Positions 37,732 through 47,907 of a stretch of 64,000 nucleotides of DNA are shown piece after piece. The notes below the pieces were generated by a model. It was not told the origin of the DNA. It ran no database searches and saw nothing but the letters and a program-made list of their open reading frames with translations. Origin of the DNA: Nitrospinaceae bacterium (GTDB taxonomy: Bacteria; Nitrospinota; Nitrospinia; Nitrospinales; VA-1); the NCBI GenBank assembly GCA_046754465.1, contig JBHHVU010000006.1, positions 33,116 to 97,115 on the forward strand, in the 5' to 3' direction. The translations under genes were made by a program, and so were the position numbers. How positions within the stretch are numbered: the stretch's first letter is position 1; every line of letters begins with the position of its first letter.

Positions 37732-38721
37732 TCAAACCGCCAGAACCTCCCGGACTTTTTCCCATACCTGGGAAACGCTGATTTGTTCCAAATCCGCTTG
37801 ATGGTAATCCGCCCGCGGGGAAAATATTCCGCCGGACGAGGGGTGAATCATGATGCAGCGATTTTCCTCCAGTTGAAACGGGCCGGTGCCCCTGGGATCG
37901 TAGGGACCGAAAAGGGCGGCGGTGGGCACTTTCAACGCGAACCCGATGTGCATGGGGCCCGTATCGCAGGTGATGAGAAGCCTGGCCTGCCCGATGACGT
38001 GGGTGTCGGTTTTGAGCGGGAGATCCAGGGAATGGGCGCACCGATTCGGGTCCAGGTCTTTCAGCATTTCCAGGATGACTTTTTTTTCGGCGGCCCCCCC
38101 GCCCAGGACGATTCGGTGATCGGTTTTCCGTAAAAGGATTTGGGCGAGTTCGAGGAAACGGGATTCGGGCCATTTGCGGTGGGGCGCCGACGCGCCGACG
38201 TTGATATAGATGAATTCCCGCGACGCCAGCCGGTTTTTCCGCAGGAACGCCTCTCCCGCCCCGCGTTCCCCGTCGTCGAAATATATTTCCATAGCTCCGC
38301 CGTCGGGCCGGGCCCCGAGTTTCTCGATCAGGGTCAATCGTCTTTGAATGCCGTGAACCACTCCCTCGATGGGAACCTTATTTTCTTCCGGAATCCAGGA
38401 AGAGTTCTGGTGCGCCCAAAGGGACTTGTACCTGAGCCAGGGCAAAAGGCGTGTGATGTCCCGGTTGGCATGAAAAATCAGGACCGCGTCGTAACGGTAT
38501 GGCAGCAGATTGAATCCCGGCGCGGGTTGACGGTACCATTGGGGATGGTAGGGGATGATTCGGTCCACGTGAGGATTTCCATGGAACAGACTCCTCCATC
38601 GCGCATTGACCACCAGATGGAGCACCAGTCCCGGGAAGGATTTTTTCAAGGCCCTCAATGCCGGAGTGCCCCACAAACAGTCTCCCATCCCCGTCGTGCT
38701 CAACACCAAAATTCTATTCAT
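37732..38721 (-). CDS. GT9 LPS heptosyltransferase-family protein
   Basis: GMGDCL, RKWP, DTGPMHIG, ALFGP. Confidence 0.9.
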   Translation of the reverse strand: MNRILVLSTTGMGDCLWGTPALRALKKSFPGLVLHLVVNARWRSLFHGNPHVDRIIPYHPQWYRQPAPGFNLLPYRYDAVLIFHANRDITRLLPWLRYKSLWAHQNSSWIPEENKVPIEGVVHGIQRRLTLIEKLGARPDGGAMEIYFDDGERGAGEAFLRKNRLASREFIYINVGASAPHRKWPESRFLELAQILLRKTDHRIVLGGGAAEKKVILEMLKDLDPNRCAHSLDLPLKTDTHVIGQARLLITCDTGPMHIGFALKVPTAALFGPYDPRGTGPFQLEENRCIMIHPSSGGIFSPRADYHQADLEQISVSQVWEKVREVLAV

Positions 38722-39766
38722 GGGAGGGATGGTTTTTTATGGAAAAGCCGCGGCCGTCTTGAAGGGAAGGAGGGGCGTCCGGGCCGTCCGCTTTGCTTTC
38801 CCCGCCGGTGGGGACCCCCTCGCAACTTTTTTGGACAATAACGTACAAATTGAATCCGTAGCCGGCCCAATCGAGAACCGGGCTGATGTAATTGACGGGG
38901 TTGATAAAATTTTTGAAATCCCTTTTGGCTCCTCGCAGCAGTTTTGCGAACTTCGCCGGCGGAACGCTGGGTTTTCGATAAGGAACCCCTTTCGGTCCCC
39001 CAAAGAACCCCTTTTTGGCCTTGTTCGTGTTTTTGTACAGAATGCGGTAACCGGACAATCCAAACATTTGGCTGAGGGAATCCAGCGAAAAAAAATATAA
39101 ATGGTGATGCGGTTTATACCCGTACCATTTCTCTTTCAATAAAGCCGCATTCCTGACATTCGGGGTCCAGAGAACCAGGAGCCCACCCGGGCGCAAAATC
39201 CGGTTAATCTCCCTTAAATAATGAAGGGGGTGCCTGAGATGCTCGATCAGGTCCCAGAGCACCACCGCATCGAAGAAGTGACCGTCATAAGACTTGTCTT
39301 CCAGGGGAATTTCGCGGACGTTTGGGAGAAGAAGCTCCTCCCGGGCAAACCGGACGAACTCCGGCACGATTTCGATCCCATGGGGATTCCATCCCCGTTT
39401 CTCGGCCGCTTTTAAAAAGAATCCACCCGCACATCCAATTTCCAAAAGATTCCCTTTTTCCGGGCAATATTTTTCCATTCGTTTCAAACGGGAGACATAC
39501 AGTTTGTTGTAGGAATGAGCGCGGTCCCTCCGTTCCTGGGTATAATTCAGAAAATAAGGGATCCCGGATTCCCCCGGTTGCGAATCCCGTTGGTACATCT
39601 CGTTCAAGTACTCCTGGTCCGGCATGGGATTCACGAATTGCAGGCCGCAGACATCGCACCGGACCACCTGGGAAACACCATTCCATTCACAAACAGGGAT
39701 AAACCGGTCCGACCCGCATGTTTCACACGGGATCCATAGAAATGGGTTGGAATCCGGATCATTCAT
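38714..39766 (-). CDS. Class I SAM-dependent methyltransferase with N-terminal Zn ribbon
   Basis: CETC...CDVC, LLEIGCAGG, IEHLRHP, LRPGG, HLYFFS. Confidence 0.88.
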   Translation of the reverse strand: MNDPDSNPFLWIPCETCGSDRFIPVCEWNGVSQVVRCDVCGLQFVNPMPDQEYLNEMYQRDSQPGESGIPYFLNYTQERRDRAHSYNKLYVSRLKRMEKYCPEKGNLLEIGCAGGFFLKAAEKRGWNPHGIEIVPEFVRFAREELLLPNVREIPLEDKSYDGHFFDAVVLWDLIEHLRHPLHYLREINRILRPGGLLVLWTPNVRNAALLKEKWYGYKPHHHLYFFSLDSLSQMFGLSGYRILYKNTNKAKKGFFGGPKGVPYRKPSVPPAKFAKLLRGAKRDFKNFINPVNYISPVLDWAGYGFNLYVIVQKSCEGVPTGGESKADGPDAPPSLQDGRGFSIKNHPSHE

Positions 39767-39925
39767 GAAAAACCTTTTTGGAGAGAGCCCGCGAAGATAC
39801 TTCCCGGGCGTTGAAGTCCAGAGAAATTAGCGGGGAGCCCGCGGCGCTTCACGGGGGCTTTTCCGGCCCGGCTGCACACAAAGCCTTTACAATGAATATG
39901 TTGTTGTCGACACGTTTTTCCGGTT

Positions 39926-41107
39926 ATGTTAGATTATTCCCTATCCACGCGCAACCTATCAATCAACCTTAATTCGGTTCCTGCCTTGAAATCTCTCCAT
40001 ATATTACACTCCGAAGCCGCGATGGGTTGGGGAGGTCAGGAGATTAGGATTTTTCAGGAGAGCCGCTTGCTCCTTGAGCGGGGACACCGGGTCACGGTGA
40101 TTTGCCAGCCCCGGAGCCCCTTGGCGGAACGGTGTGCGTCGCTTTCCGATTCCCGGTTCGATTTTCACACGATCCGGATGCCGGGTCCGCTCCATCCCGC
40201 CTCGTTCACGACTTTGTACCGGCTGCTTAAAAAAATCCGGCCCGACCTGCTGCACACCCACAGTTCCATCGACAGCTGGCAGGTTTCCCCGATCGGAAAA
40301 CTGTTGGGGATCCCCCTGGTGCGCAGCCGGCACGTTTGCATACCGGTCAAGAACTTTTTCCCGAACAACCGGCTGTATTCCTATTTTCCCTCGCGGATCA
40401 TCACCAGTGGGGAAGCGATCCGCGATTTACTTCTCCGGCTTTCGGGGATGGACCCGGAACGGGTGGTTTCCATTCCCGCGGGGGTGGACTTGCGCCGGTT
40501 CGATCTCCAGATTTCCGGTCAAAGGATACGCAAGGAATTGGGGGTGGAGGTGGGAAAGCCGCTCATCGGAAAAATCGGCGTCATCCGCGGCTGGAAGGGG
40601 TTTCAATATTTCGTCGAAGCGGTCCCGCTGGTTCTTCGGGAAAGGCCGGATGCCCGTTTTGTGATCGTGGGGACGGGACCGGGATACGAGGAAATCAAGC
40701 GAAAAGTCCGGGACCAGGGTTTGCAGGATGCGGTCACGCTCACGGGGTATCGGGAAGACGTTCCCGAAATCATTGCGGCGCTCGATGTTTTGGTGCTGGC
40801 TTCATTCGCAGGCGAAGGCACCTCCCAGGTGATTCCCCAGGCTTTTGCGATGAAAACGCCCGTCGTCGCCACGCGCGGAGGATCCATCCCGGAACTCTTC
40901 CGGAATGGCGACCGGGGAATCCTGGCGGATATCCGCAGTGGGCGGAGTCTCGCGGAGGGCATCCTGAAACTGTTGGTGGATCCCGCGAGAGCCCGGCGGA
41001 TGGCGGAGAACGCATATGCCTATTGCCGGAAGGAATTGACCATCGGTAAAATGATCGACCAGACCCTCGCCGTTTATCACGAGGTGTTGAATTCCCATGG
41101 GGGATAA
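39926..41107 (+). CDS. GT4 glycosyltransferase
   Basis: GWGGQE, HTHSS, WKG, EGTSQVIPQAFAM; start may be TTG 39986. Confidence 0.88.
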   Translation: MLDYSLSTRNLSINLNSVPALKSLHILHSEAAMGWGGQEIRIFQESRLLLERGHRVTVICQPRSPLAERCASLSDSRFDFHTIRMPGPLHPASFTTLYRLLKKIRPDLLHTHSSIDSWQVSPIGKLLGIPLVRSRHVCIPVKNFFPNNRLYSYFPSRIITSGEAIRDLLLRLSGMDPERVVSIPAGVDLRRFDLQISGQRIRKELGVEVGKPLIGKIGVIRGWKGFQYFVEAVPLVLRERPDARFVIVGTGPGYEEIKRKVRDQGLQDAVTLTGYREDVPEIIAALDVLVLASFAGEGTSQVIPQAFAMKTPVVATRGGSIPELFRNGDRGILADIRSGRSLAEGILKLLVDPARARRMAENAYAYCRKELTIGKMIDQTLAVYHEVLNSHGG

Positions 41108-41138
41108 ACCCGATTCCCGCCCGAGAACGGGGGACAGC

Positions 41139-42272
41139 ATGAAAATAGCGGTGATCCGGCAAAAATATGTGAACTACGGCGGGGCGGAAAGTTTCCTGGC
41201 GCAATATACCAGCCAACTTGCCCTTATGGGCCACGAGGTTCATATCTTCGCCAATCAATGGACTCCTCCAGACCATTCCAATATTCGGGTGCACCGGGTG
41301 GGGGCGGTCAAGATCAATTCCTTCATCCGGTCCCTTTCCTTCGCCTGGCTGGCGGCCCGGGAGGTGAGGAAACATCCGTTCGATATCATTCAAAGTCATG
41401 AACGCACTTTTTATCAGGACATCTACCGGGCGGGAGACGGCTGCCATCGGGAATGGCTGGAGCAGCGGAAAAAACACCTCTCGCCTTTCAAGAGGTGGCT
41501 GTTGGATTGGAGCCCTTTTCACCGGCTGATCCTGTCCCTGGAAAAGGGACTGTTTGAAAAAGGCCGATGCCGGAAAATCATCGCCATCTCCGAGATGGTT
41601 AAAAAAGATATCCTCCGGCATTACCGGATTCCCGAACAGGAAATCGCCGTGGTGTACAATGGCGTCTCGCTGGAACGGTTTCATCCGCGCAACCGGGGCC
41701 CTTTCCGGGAGCCGGTCCGGGAACGGCACGGGATTCCCGGAATGGCGGTTTTGATTTTATTCGTGGGATCGGGATTCGAGAGAAAAGGTTTGCGGTACCT
41801 GATGCAGTCCCTGAAATATTTGAAATCGGAAAACTGGCGCCTGCTGTTGGTGGGCAAGGGCGACTGGGACCGGTACCTGTCTTTCGCGCCAGTGACCCTG
41901 CGTTCCCGTATCACCTGCGTGGACCCGGTGAACACGGTCGAGGAGTATTACGCGGCGGCGGACCTGTTCGTCTTGCCGTCGCTCTACGAACCGTTCGGCA
42001 ACGTCCATCTCGAAGCCATGGCTTCGGGCCTGCCGGTGATTGCCAGCGGCCGGTCCGGGGCGGCGGAGATCATCGGCCACGGGGAAAACGGACTGGTCGT
42101 CCGGGACCCGTCCGATCCCAAGGAAATCGCCGAAAACATCAATTTACTTTTTGATTCCGCGGTCCGGGAGGCCATGGGAGAAAAGGCCAGGGTGCTGGCG
42201 GAAAAATTCACGCCGGAAAGAAACGCCGGAGAAATGTTGAAAATCTATCGGCAGATGTCCCAAACCATTTAA
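41139..42272 (+). CDS. GT4 LPS core glucosyltransferase, WaaG/RfaG-like
   Basis: KYVNYGGAE, YRAGDGCH, GSGFERKG, YEPFGNVHLEAMASGLP. Confidence 0.85.
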   Translation: MKIAVIRQKYVNYGGAESFLAQYTSQLALMGHEVHIFANQWTPPDHSNIRVHRVGAVKINSFIRSLSFAWLAAREVRKHPFDIIQSHERTFYQDIYRAGDGCHREWLEQRKKHLSPFKRWLLDWSPFHRLILSLEKGLFEKGRCRKIIAISEMVKKDILRHYRIPEQEIAVVYNGVSLERFHPRNRGPFREPVRERHGIPGMAVLILFVGSGFERKGLRYLMQSLKYLKSENWRLLLVGKGDWDRYLSFAPVTLRSRITCVDPVNTVEEYYAAADLFVLPSLYEPFGNVHLEAMASGLPVIASGRSGAAEIIGHGENGLVVRDPSDPKEIAENINLLFDSAVREAMGEKARVLAEKFTPERNAGEMLKIYRQMSQTI

Positions 42273-42323
42273 ATGCACCCTTTAAACGGCGTTGTGTATC
42301 ATAATCCATACTCCCGCTTTTTT

Positions 42324-43274
42324 TCATTTTTTGAATCTTTCCGTGGAAAATCCTCCCGGTAAAGCGGCCAGGTTGCCGTTATTTTCCTTTTCGGAAACCA
42401 GGTCTATCTTTTCCAAAAATGTATAGGGACGTTTGCGGAGGCCGGATCGAATCAAATAAAACTCATAATCCAGGGAAGAAAAAAGAGCCTGAATTTTTTT
42501 TCTTTCTTCCAGAGGGTGCTCGTAATATTGATCGGAATGTTCAAAAATAATGACGGGCCGGTTTTTTTCTATGAGGCCAAGAGCTCCCTTGAGAACCTTC
42601 GATTCAAACCCCTGAACATCTATTTTGATGAATGAAACTCTCAGGGGTTCCTGGACGTGGTCATCCAAAGTGACGATTTCAATTTTTTCTTTAACAAAAG
42701 TGTCATCCAGGTCGCAATTGTTCGGGATGGAGGCCAATCCTTTGTTATAGGTACTTGCGGTAGGGGCATGGATTTCCATTTGCCCACAGGAATCGCCCAC
42801 CCCAAATTTAAAAAGTTTCAGGTTGGACAGGGAATTGATTTCCCTTGATTTGTGCAGGCAGCGATACGCAAGCGAAGCCGGTTCATAGCTGTAAACCAGG
42901 CAACCCGGGTACTTTCGGGCAAAATATAAACTCTCGAATCCAATGTTAGCTCCCACATCGATGATGACGGTTTTTTCCTGGATAAAGCCATCCGCGATTT
43001 TCAGGATTTCCCCTTCGTAAAACCCCTCCTTGAGAATCAGTTCTTCAATAATCCCCTTGTTTTCAAAATAGATCAAAAATTCTATCCCATTAAAATCGAT
43101 CAAATCGATGATGGGATAATTTATCGCACAATTTTTAATGGATCTTTTTTTGATGTATTTATTGTAAGAAATCCACGGCAATTCGACGGTATAGTAAGCC
43201 AAGAGAAAAAAAACGCTTTTCAAATTATGGATCAGTTTGATCGCAAGGCGTTTCATCTTCTTTTTAATATCCAT
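42324..43274 (-). CDS. FkbM-family methyltransferase, AT-rich
   Basis: IDVGANIG, YEP, FIKIDVQGFE. Confidence 0.9.
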   Translation of the reverse strand: MDIKKKMKRLAIKLIHNLKSVFFLLAYYTVELPWISYNKYIKKRSIKNCAINYPIIDLIDFNGIEFLIYFENKGIIEELILKEGFYEGEILKIADGFIQEKTVIIDVGANIGFESLYFARKYPGCLVYSYEPASLAYRCLHKSREINSLSNLKLFKFGVGDSCGQMEIHAPTASTYNKGLASIPNNCDLDDTFVKEKIEIVTLDDHVQEPLRVSFIKIDVQGFESKVLKGALGLIEKNRPVIIFEHSDQYYEHPLEERKKIQALFSSLDYEFYLIRSGLRKRPYTFLEKIDLVSEKENNGNLAALPGGFSTERFKK

Positions 43275-43281
43275 AATTTCG

Positions 43282-43368
43282 TTCGCAATCGAGAGATCGG
43301 GCCCCCCTCATGGTGCCCGGGAAATCCGCTGATGGAGCTAAGTTCAATTCCGGTCCCACGGTTGCGAA
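43282..43368. repeat. Imperfect 19-bp inverted repeat enclosing a 49-bp spacer
   Basis: TTCGCAATCGAGAGATCGG (43282-43300) pairs with CCGGTCCCACGGTTGCGAA (43350-43368), 15/19 Watson-Crick. Confidence 0.55.
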
Positions 43369-43458
43369 TGACCCGCATCCGGGGGGAAAACGAATTCCCG
43401 GCCGGGGTGTGGTGGGGAGGGTGAGGAGGGACTGATTTTCTTTCCGAAGATGCAAAAA

Positions 43459-43689
43459 TTATAATTTGGAATGAGAACCATCGCAAAACGGGGAATTCCC
43501 CGTATGGCCGCAATCACAAATCGTCATCCGTTTTGCTTCTTCCACCATGTATTCCTTGGGCGATTTGCCGGTGTTTTTGGTTTCATGAGAACCGTCGCAA
43601 TAGGGTTTCTTCGCGGATTCGCCGCAGGTGCAGTAATATTTAATTCCCGGGGTTTCCTCGACGGTGTTCGGGGAGTTCTGGTACGCCAT
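43459..43689 (-). CDS. Double CDGSH iron-sulfur domain protein
   Basis: CTCGES...PYCDGSH and CDCGHT...PFCDGSH; start set at ATG 43689. Confidence 0.92.
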   Translation of the reverse strand: MAYQNSPNTVEETPGIKYYCTCGESAKKPYCDGSHETKNTGKSPKEYMVEEAKRMTICDCGHTGNSPFCDGSHSKL

Positions 43690-43834
43690 TTGGTATCCTC
43701 GTGGTTGAAGGTTTATCATTAAGGTTTTACAAATTGGCAAAATTTGTTTGTGTTGTCAATTGAAAACATTTCCATGAAAGGGTCCTCCCGCGGGATTAAA
43801 ATGGGGGTGAATTCCCTTTCTCAGGTTGTGGTTC

Positions 43835-45208
43835 ATGAAAGTTCTGGTCACCGGCGGCACCGGCTTTATCGGAAAACATTTGCTCCCGCTTTTGCGGGAC
43901 CGGGGTCACGAAATCGTGGTTTTGACGCGGAACCCGAACCTGGCGGGCGTGCGCCTTCCGGTGGTGTGCCGGGTGGCGCCGTGGGACCCCCTGAAGGGGC
44001 CATTGGATCCCAAGAATTTTGATGGGATCGATGCGGTGGTTCATCTCGCCGGCGAAAACGTGGGCGAGGGACGCTGGACCCGGGATCGCAAACACAGGAT
44101 TTCCCAGTCGCGAATTCTCTCAACCCGCCTTCTGGCCGATTCGCTGGGCCAGTTGAACCGCAAGCCCGGGGTTTTTATTTCGGCCTCGGCGGCCGGATTT
44201 TACGGAGACCGGGCAGAGGGTACGATGGATGAGTCCGCTCCTTCCGGCGAGGGATTTCTGGCTGAGGTGTGCCGGCAATGGGAGGCGGAGATCTTCCGGA
44301 TGGAATCCATGGGGATTCGTTCGGTGGCGATGCGCTTCGGCGTGGTACTCGGACAAGACGGTGGGGCCATGGAAAAGATGCTCCCCTTGTTCCGCATGGG
44401 GCTAGGTGGTCCCTTGGGAACGGGCCGCCAATGGATGAGCTGGATTCATGTGCGCGATGCGGCCGGACTCATCCTCCACGCGTTGGAGCATTCCACGCTC
44501 AATGGACCCGTGAACACCGTCGCTCCTCATCCCGTGACCAACCGGGAGTTCGCTCGGACCCTGGGCCAGGTTCTTTGCCGCCCGGTGGTGCTGCCCGCGC
44601 CCGCCATCGTCTTGAAACTGCTATTGGGCGAGATGTCCGGACTATTGCTTGCCGGCCAGAAGGTCTCGGCGGAAAAGGCGAGGGCCTCGGGATACAAATT
44701 CGTCTATCCCAAACTCGAAACCGCATTGCGGGTGATTTGCGATCACATCGGTCACGAACTGATCCTGGAACAATGGATCCCCCGCCCAATCGACGAGGCT
44801 TTTGCCTTTTTCTCCGACCCAAGAAACCTTGAGGAGCTGACCCCGCCCCGTCTGAACTTCAAAGTGATCCGGTTATCACCGGAAACCATGGGGGAAGGGA
44901 CCCAACTGGATTACCGGTTGAAACTGCATGGGATCCCTTTTTATTGGCAATCCACCATTACCGGTTGGCATCCGGAGCAGCGGTTTTCCGACCTGCAGAC
45001 CCGCGGGCCGTACAACTTCTGGCATCACATTCACGAGTTTGTCGAAAAGGATGGAGGAACCATCCTCCGGGATAAAGCCGTCTATAAAATTCCCCTGGGG
45101 ATCCCCGGCGATGTGTTGCTGCATGACTTTATCCGGAGGGACCTGGAATCTATTTTCTATTTCCGGAGGCGGAAAATCGAAGAAATGTTCGGTCAAAAAG
45201 GCGGATAA
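43835..45208 (+). CDS. TIGR01777 (YfcH-like) NAD-dependent oxidoreductase fused to an SRPBCC domain
   Basis: TGGTGFIG, GFLAEVCRQWE, GRQWMSWIH; C-terminal FFSDPRNLEELTPP, GPYNFWHHIH. Confidence 0.88.
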   Translation: MKVLVTGGTGFIGKHLLPLLRDRGHEIVVLTRNPNLAGVRLPVVCRVAPWDPLKGPLDPKNFDGIDAVVHLAGENVGEGRWTRDRKHRISQSRILSTRLLADSLGQLNRKPGVFISASAAGFYGDRAEGTMDESAPSGEGFLAEVCRQWEAEIFRMESMGIRSVAMRFGVVLGQDGGAMEKMLPLFRMGLGGPLGTGRQWMSWIHVRDAAGLILHALEHSTLNGPVNTVAPHPVTNREFARTLGQVLCRPVVLPAPAIVLKLLLGEMSGLLLAGQKVSAEKARASGYKFVYPKLETALRVICDHIGHELILEQWIPRPIDEAFAFFSDPRNLEELTPPRLNFKVIRLSPETMGEGTQLDYRLKLHGIPFYWQSTITGWHPEQRFSDLQTRGPYNFWHHIHEFVEKDGGTILRDKAVYKIPLGIPGDVLLHDFIRRDLESIFYFRRRKIEEMFGQKGG

Positions 45209-45222
45209 TTCCGGGAGGAAAA

Positions 45223-46236
45223 CTAAATCCTGTGACGGATCAGATTCCACCACGCTTTCAAGGCGGGGTTCAGGACCCGGTCCAGCAACGGATTTTTCAT
45301 CCCGGCGACAGCGAGGTCGTCCTGGTAAAGCCGGGTGATCTCCGCGTCCCCGACTTTGCGCCCCCGTCGGATTTCCCGACGTTTAACCAGAATGCGAGGT
45401 AGAAGGGCCAGAAGTTCCGCGTAACTTTTGACCTTCAGGAAAAACCAGCCGTTGAAAATCGAGTGAACCCATTGGGCGGCTTCCACCGCCGCCAGTCCCG
45501 GCAGAAACCACAGAAGGGTTCTCCCTTCCAGATTTTTAAGGAGCAAGTGCAGCCGGTTTTTTTCCGAGAAATAAAATTTACGGACGCCTTTATTGAAATG
45601 GTAATGGTGATAGAAAACCGCTTTGGGGGTCACCACGATTTTCCATCCCGCCAGCCGGATTCGCCAGGAGAGGTCATGATCCTCGTGGTAGAGAAAAAGG
45701 TTCTCGTCGAATCCGCCCACCGATTCGTAAACACCGCGCCTGAACATGAAGATCCCCCCACAGGCCGTTTCCAGCGGATCGAGATCGGGGGAATCTTTTT
45801 GATCGATGCGGTTGGGGCAGGCAATTCCCGTGTAATGGACCAGGACGCCGTAGGAATTGATGGTGCCGCGTTTGTCAAAGTAAAGGATCTTGGGCACTGC
45901 CGCGCCGATGGTATCGTCCGATTCCAGGAGTTCCTTCAGTTTCCGGATGCCATCGGGTTCCAGGATGAGATCGTTATTGAGAAAGATCAAAAAATCCCCT
46001 GCCGCCGCGGCAAAACCCCGGTTGACCGCGGTCCCGAAACCCAGGTTCTTCCCGTTTTCCAGAAGCACAACCGAGGGAAACTGTTCCCTGATCATTTCGA
46101 TGGAGCCGTCCCCAGACCCATTGTCGCTCACGATGATTTCGAGACCGGGATCATCCTGTTCCAGGAGAGAGCGAATGCAATCGGCCACCTCCTTTTTTCC
46201 ATTCCAGTTCACGATGACGGCGGAGACTTTTTTCAT
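45223..46236 (-). CDS. GT2 glycosyltransferase (rhamnosyltransferase-like)
   Basis: VIVNWN, DNGSGDGS, NLGFG, LNND, GGFDE, YHEDHDL. Confidence 0.9.
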   Translation of the reverse strand: MKKVSAVIVNWNGKKEVADCIRSLLEQDDPGLEIIVSDNGSGDGSIEMIREQFPSVVLLENGKNLGFGTAVNRGFAAAAGDFLIFLNNDLILEPDGIRKLKELLESDDTIGAAVPKILYFDKRGTINSYGVLVHYTGIACPNRIDQKDSPDLDPLETACGGIFMFRRGVYESVGGFDENLFLYHEDHDLSWRIRLAGWKIVVTPKAVFYHHYHFNKGVRKFYFSEKNRLHLLLKNLEGRTLLWFLPGLAAVEAAQWVHSIFNGWFFLKVKSYAELLALLPRILVKRREIRRGRKVGDAEITRLYQDDLAVAGMKNPLLDRVLNPALKAWWNLIRHRI

Positions 46237-46340
46237 ACCCCTTTTTCAATGGACGGGTTTAATAATGGGCCCGGTACGATTTCGAGTCTCCCGAGGTTCC
46301 TGTAAGGTGAGCCCGCGTTTTATGGCCTCGATCCGGGTTG

Positions 46341-47414
46341 CTAATCGTGCAAACTTTTCTCGAAAAGATGGACCAGCCGCCGGCAATTTTCATCCCAGTC
46401 GAACTCAAGGATTTTTCGATGGCCGTTTTCCGCCAAGGTTCGCATCAGGCGTTCATCGCGGAGGACGGCGGCCAGATTTTCCGCGAGTTTGCCAGCCTCC
46501 CGGGGTGGAGAGACTAGCGCCGTCTCCCCGTGGATGGCGTAATCCCGGCACCCCCCGGTATCGGTGGTCACCAGGGCGCACCGGCAGGCCATGGCCTCCA
46601 TGGGAGGCATCCCCAGTCCTTCGTACCAACTGGGGCAAAGGTAGATGTCGCACGAGGCGTAAATCTTTCGCAACCGGTCCCCGGTGGGACGGTAATGGTA
46701 TTCGAAATCAAAACCTGCATCTTCATACAATGAACGCGGATCCTTTAATTTTTCCCCAAATACCACCAAGTCGACAGCTTGGTTTTGCGATCGCACTTCC
46801 CGGATCGCAGCAATTCCATCTTTATACCCTTTCCAGTCGTAATCGTGATGGAGCAGGCAGACCCTGCGGGGGGAGTTCCAACTTTTGTCCTTGCAGTAAA
46901 ACAGTGTTTTATCGACGGGGGTCACCAGGACCACGGCCTCTTGTTGATGTTTCTTGGATAAAATTTCCTTGAGCCAGGTCGAGATGACGATTTTTTGAAA
47001 CGGCAGCCGGTAGGTTTTTTCGGCGCCGGTCTTTTCACGAGTCCACAGGCTTTCGTCGTGTTGGATGAAATAAAACCTTTTACCGCGGTCATCGGGAAGC
47101 TTTGCGGCGGATTGGGCGGTTTGCCAGGCGGAGGCAACCAGAATATCCGCGCGCGGGATGAACTGGGAATGGTTTCGCGGCAGCACCTGGATGGGAACGT
47201 GGCAGTCGAACCAGTCCACCCCCGCGGCATACAGAGGCGGCGGGCCTTTCCTCCAAACCCGGACCCTTTTTCCCCAATGGTACCACTTGAGTTTTTCCGC
47301 GGGAATGAAGATGCGAACGCGGTGTCCCATGGATTGAAGCCGGTTGGCATATTCCAGGAGAGCCTTGACGCCACCGCTGATTTTTATATGGGGTAACAGG
47401 AAGGTGATATCCAT
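46341..47414 (-). CDS. GT4 glycosyltransferase
   Basis: SGGVK, FIQHDE, WKG, EGLGMPPMEAMAC. Confidence 0.88.
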   Translation of the reverse strand: MDITFLLPHIKISGGVKALLEYANRLQSMGHRVRIFIPAEKLKWYHWGKRVRVWRKGPPPLYAAGVDWFDCHVPIQVLPRNHSQFIPRADILVASAWQTAQSAAKLPDDRGKRFYFIQHDESLWTREKTGAEKTYRLPFQKIVISTWLKEILSKKHQQEAVVLVTPVDKTLFYCKDKSWNSPRRVCLLHHDYDWKGYKDGIAAIREVRSQNQAVDLVVFGEKLKDPRSLYEDAGFDFEYHYRPTGDRLRKIYASCDIYLCPSWYEGLGMPPMEAMACRCALVTTDTGGCRDYAIHGETALVSPPREAGKLAENLAAVLRDERLMRTLAENGHRKILEFDWDENCRRLVHLFEKSLHD

Positions 47415-47502
47415 TTTTCATGGCAGGACCGGTTTCGGGCAGTTCTCCGCTCCATTTGGGGAACCGTGGTTCGCGCCGGGAGGCGGATGGGGCTCGGGCC
47501 GG

Positions 47503-47907
47503 TCAATTCAAAATATTCTGGTAATAGGTATCGGGATCGGCGGGGTCGAACGATTCACTGGTATAGACGATCAGCACCATTTCATTGGGACCGTTGTTTT
47601 TGATCGCGTGCACGATGCCGGGGGTGATCTTCACGGTTTTCAGCGCGTTTTCGCCCATAATGATTTCCGTTTCCTCCCCGGTGGCAATGTCCCTGAGCCG
47701 CAGCAGCCCTGTTCCACTGGGCACCGAGAACCACTCGGTTTTCCGCTTGTGGTAATGGTTGCCCCGAACCTTGCCGGGATGGGCGACGGAGACGTGGATT
47801 TGACCGAATTGCCTGCACTCGCCAAGAAGTTCCTCCCCCAGCACTTCGATCAGCCATCCTCGTTCGTCGGATTTTTTGTTCAGGTCCCGAATCTGGATTC
47901 CTTTCAT
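47503..47907 (-). CDS. Cupin sugar epimerase resembling the C-terminal domain of CapF/FnlB
   Basis: DERG, RGNHYHKRKTEWF, PGIVHAI, DPDTY; start ATG 47907 overlaps the upstream stop (ATGA). Confidence 0.8.
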   Translation of the reverse strand: MKGIQIRDLNKKSDERGWLIEVLGEELLGECRQFGQIHVSVAHPGKVRGNHYHKRKTEWFSVPSGTGLLRLRDIATGEETEIIMGENALKTVKITPGIVHAIKNNGPNEMVLIVYTSESFDPADPDTYYQNILN

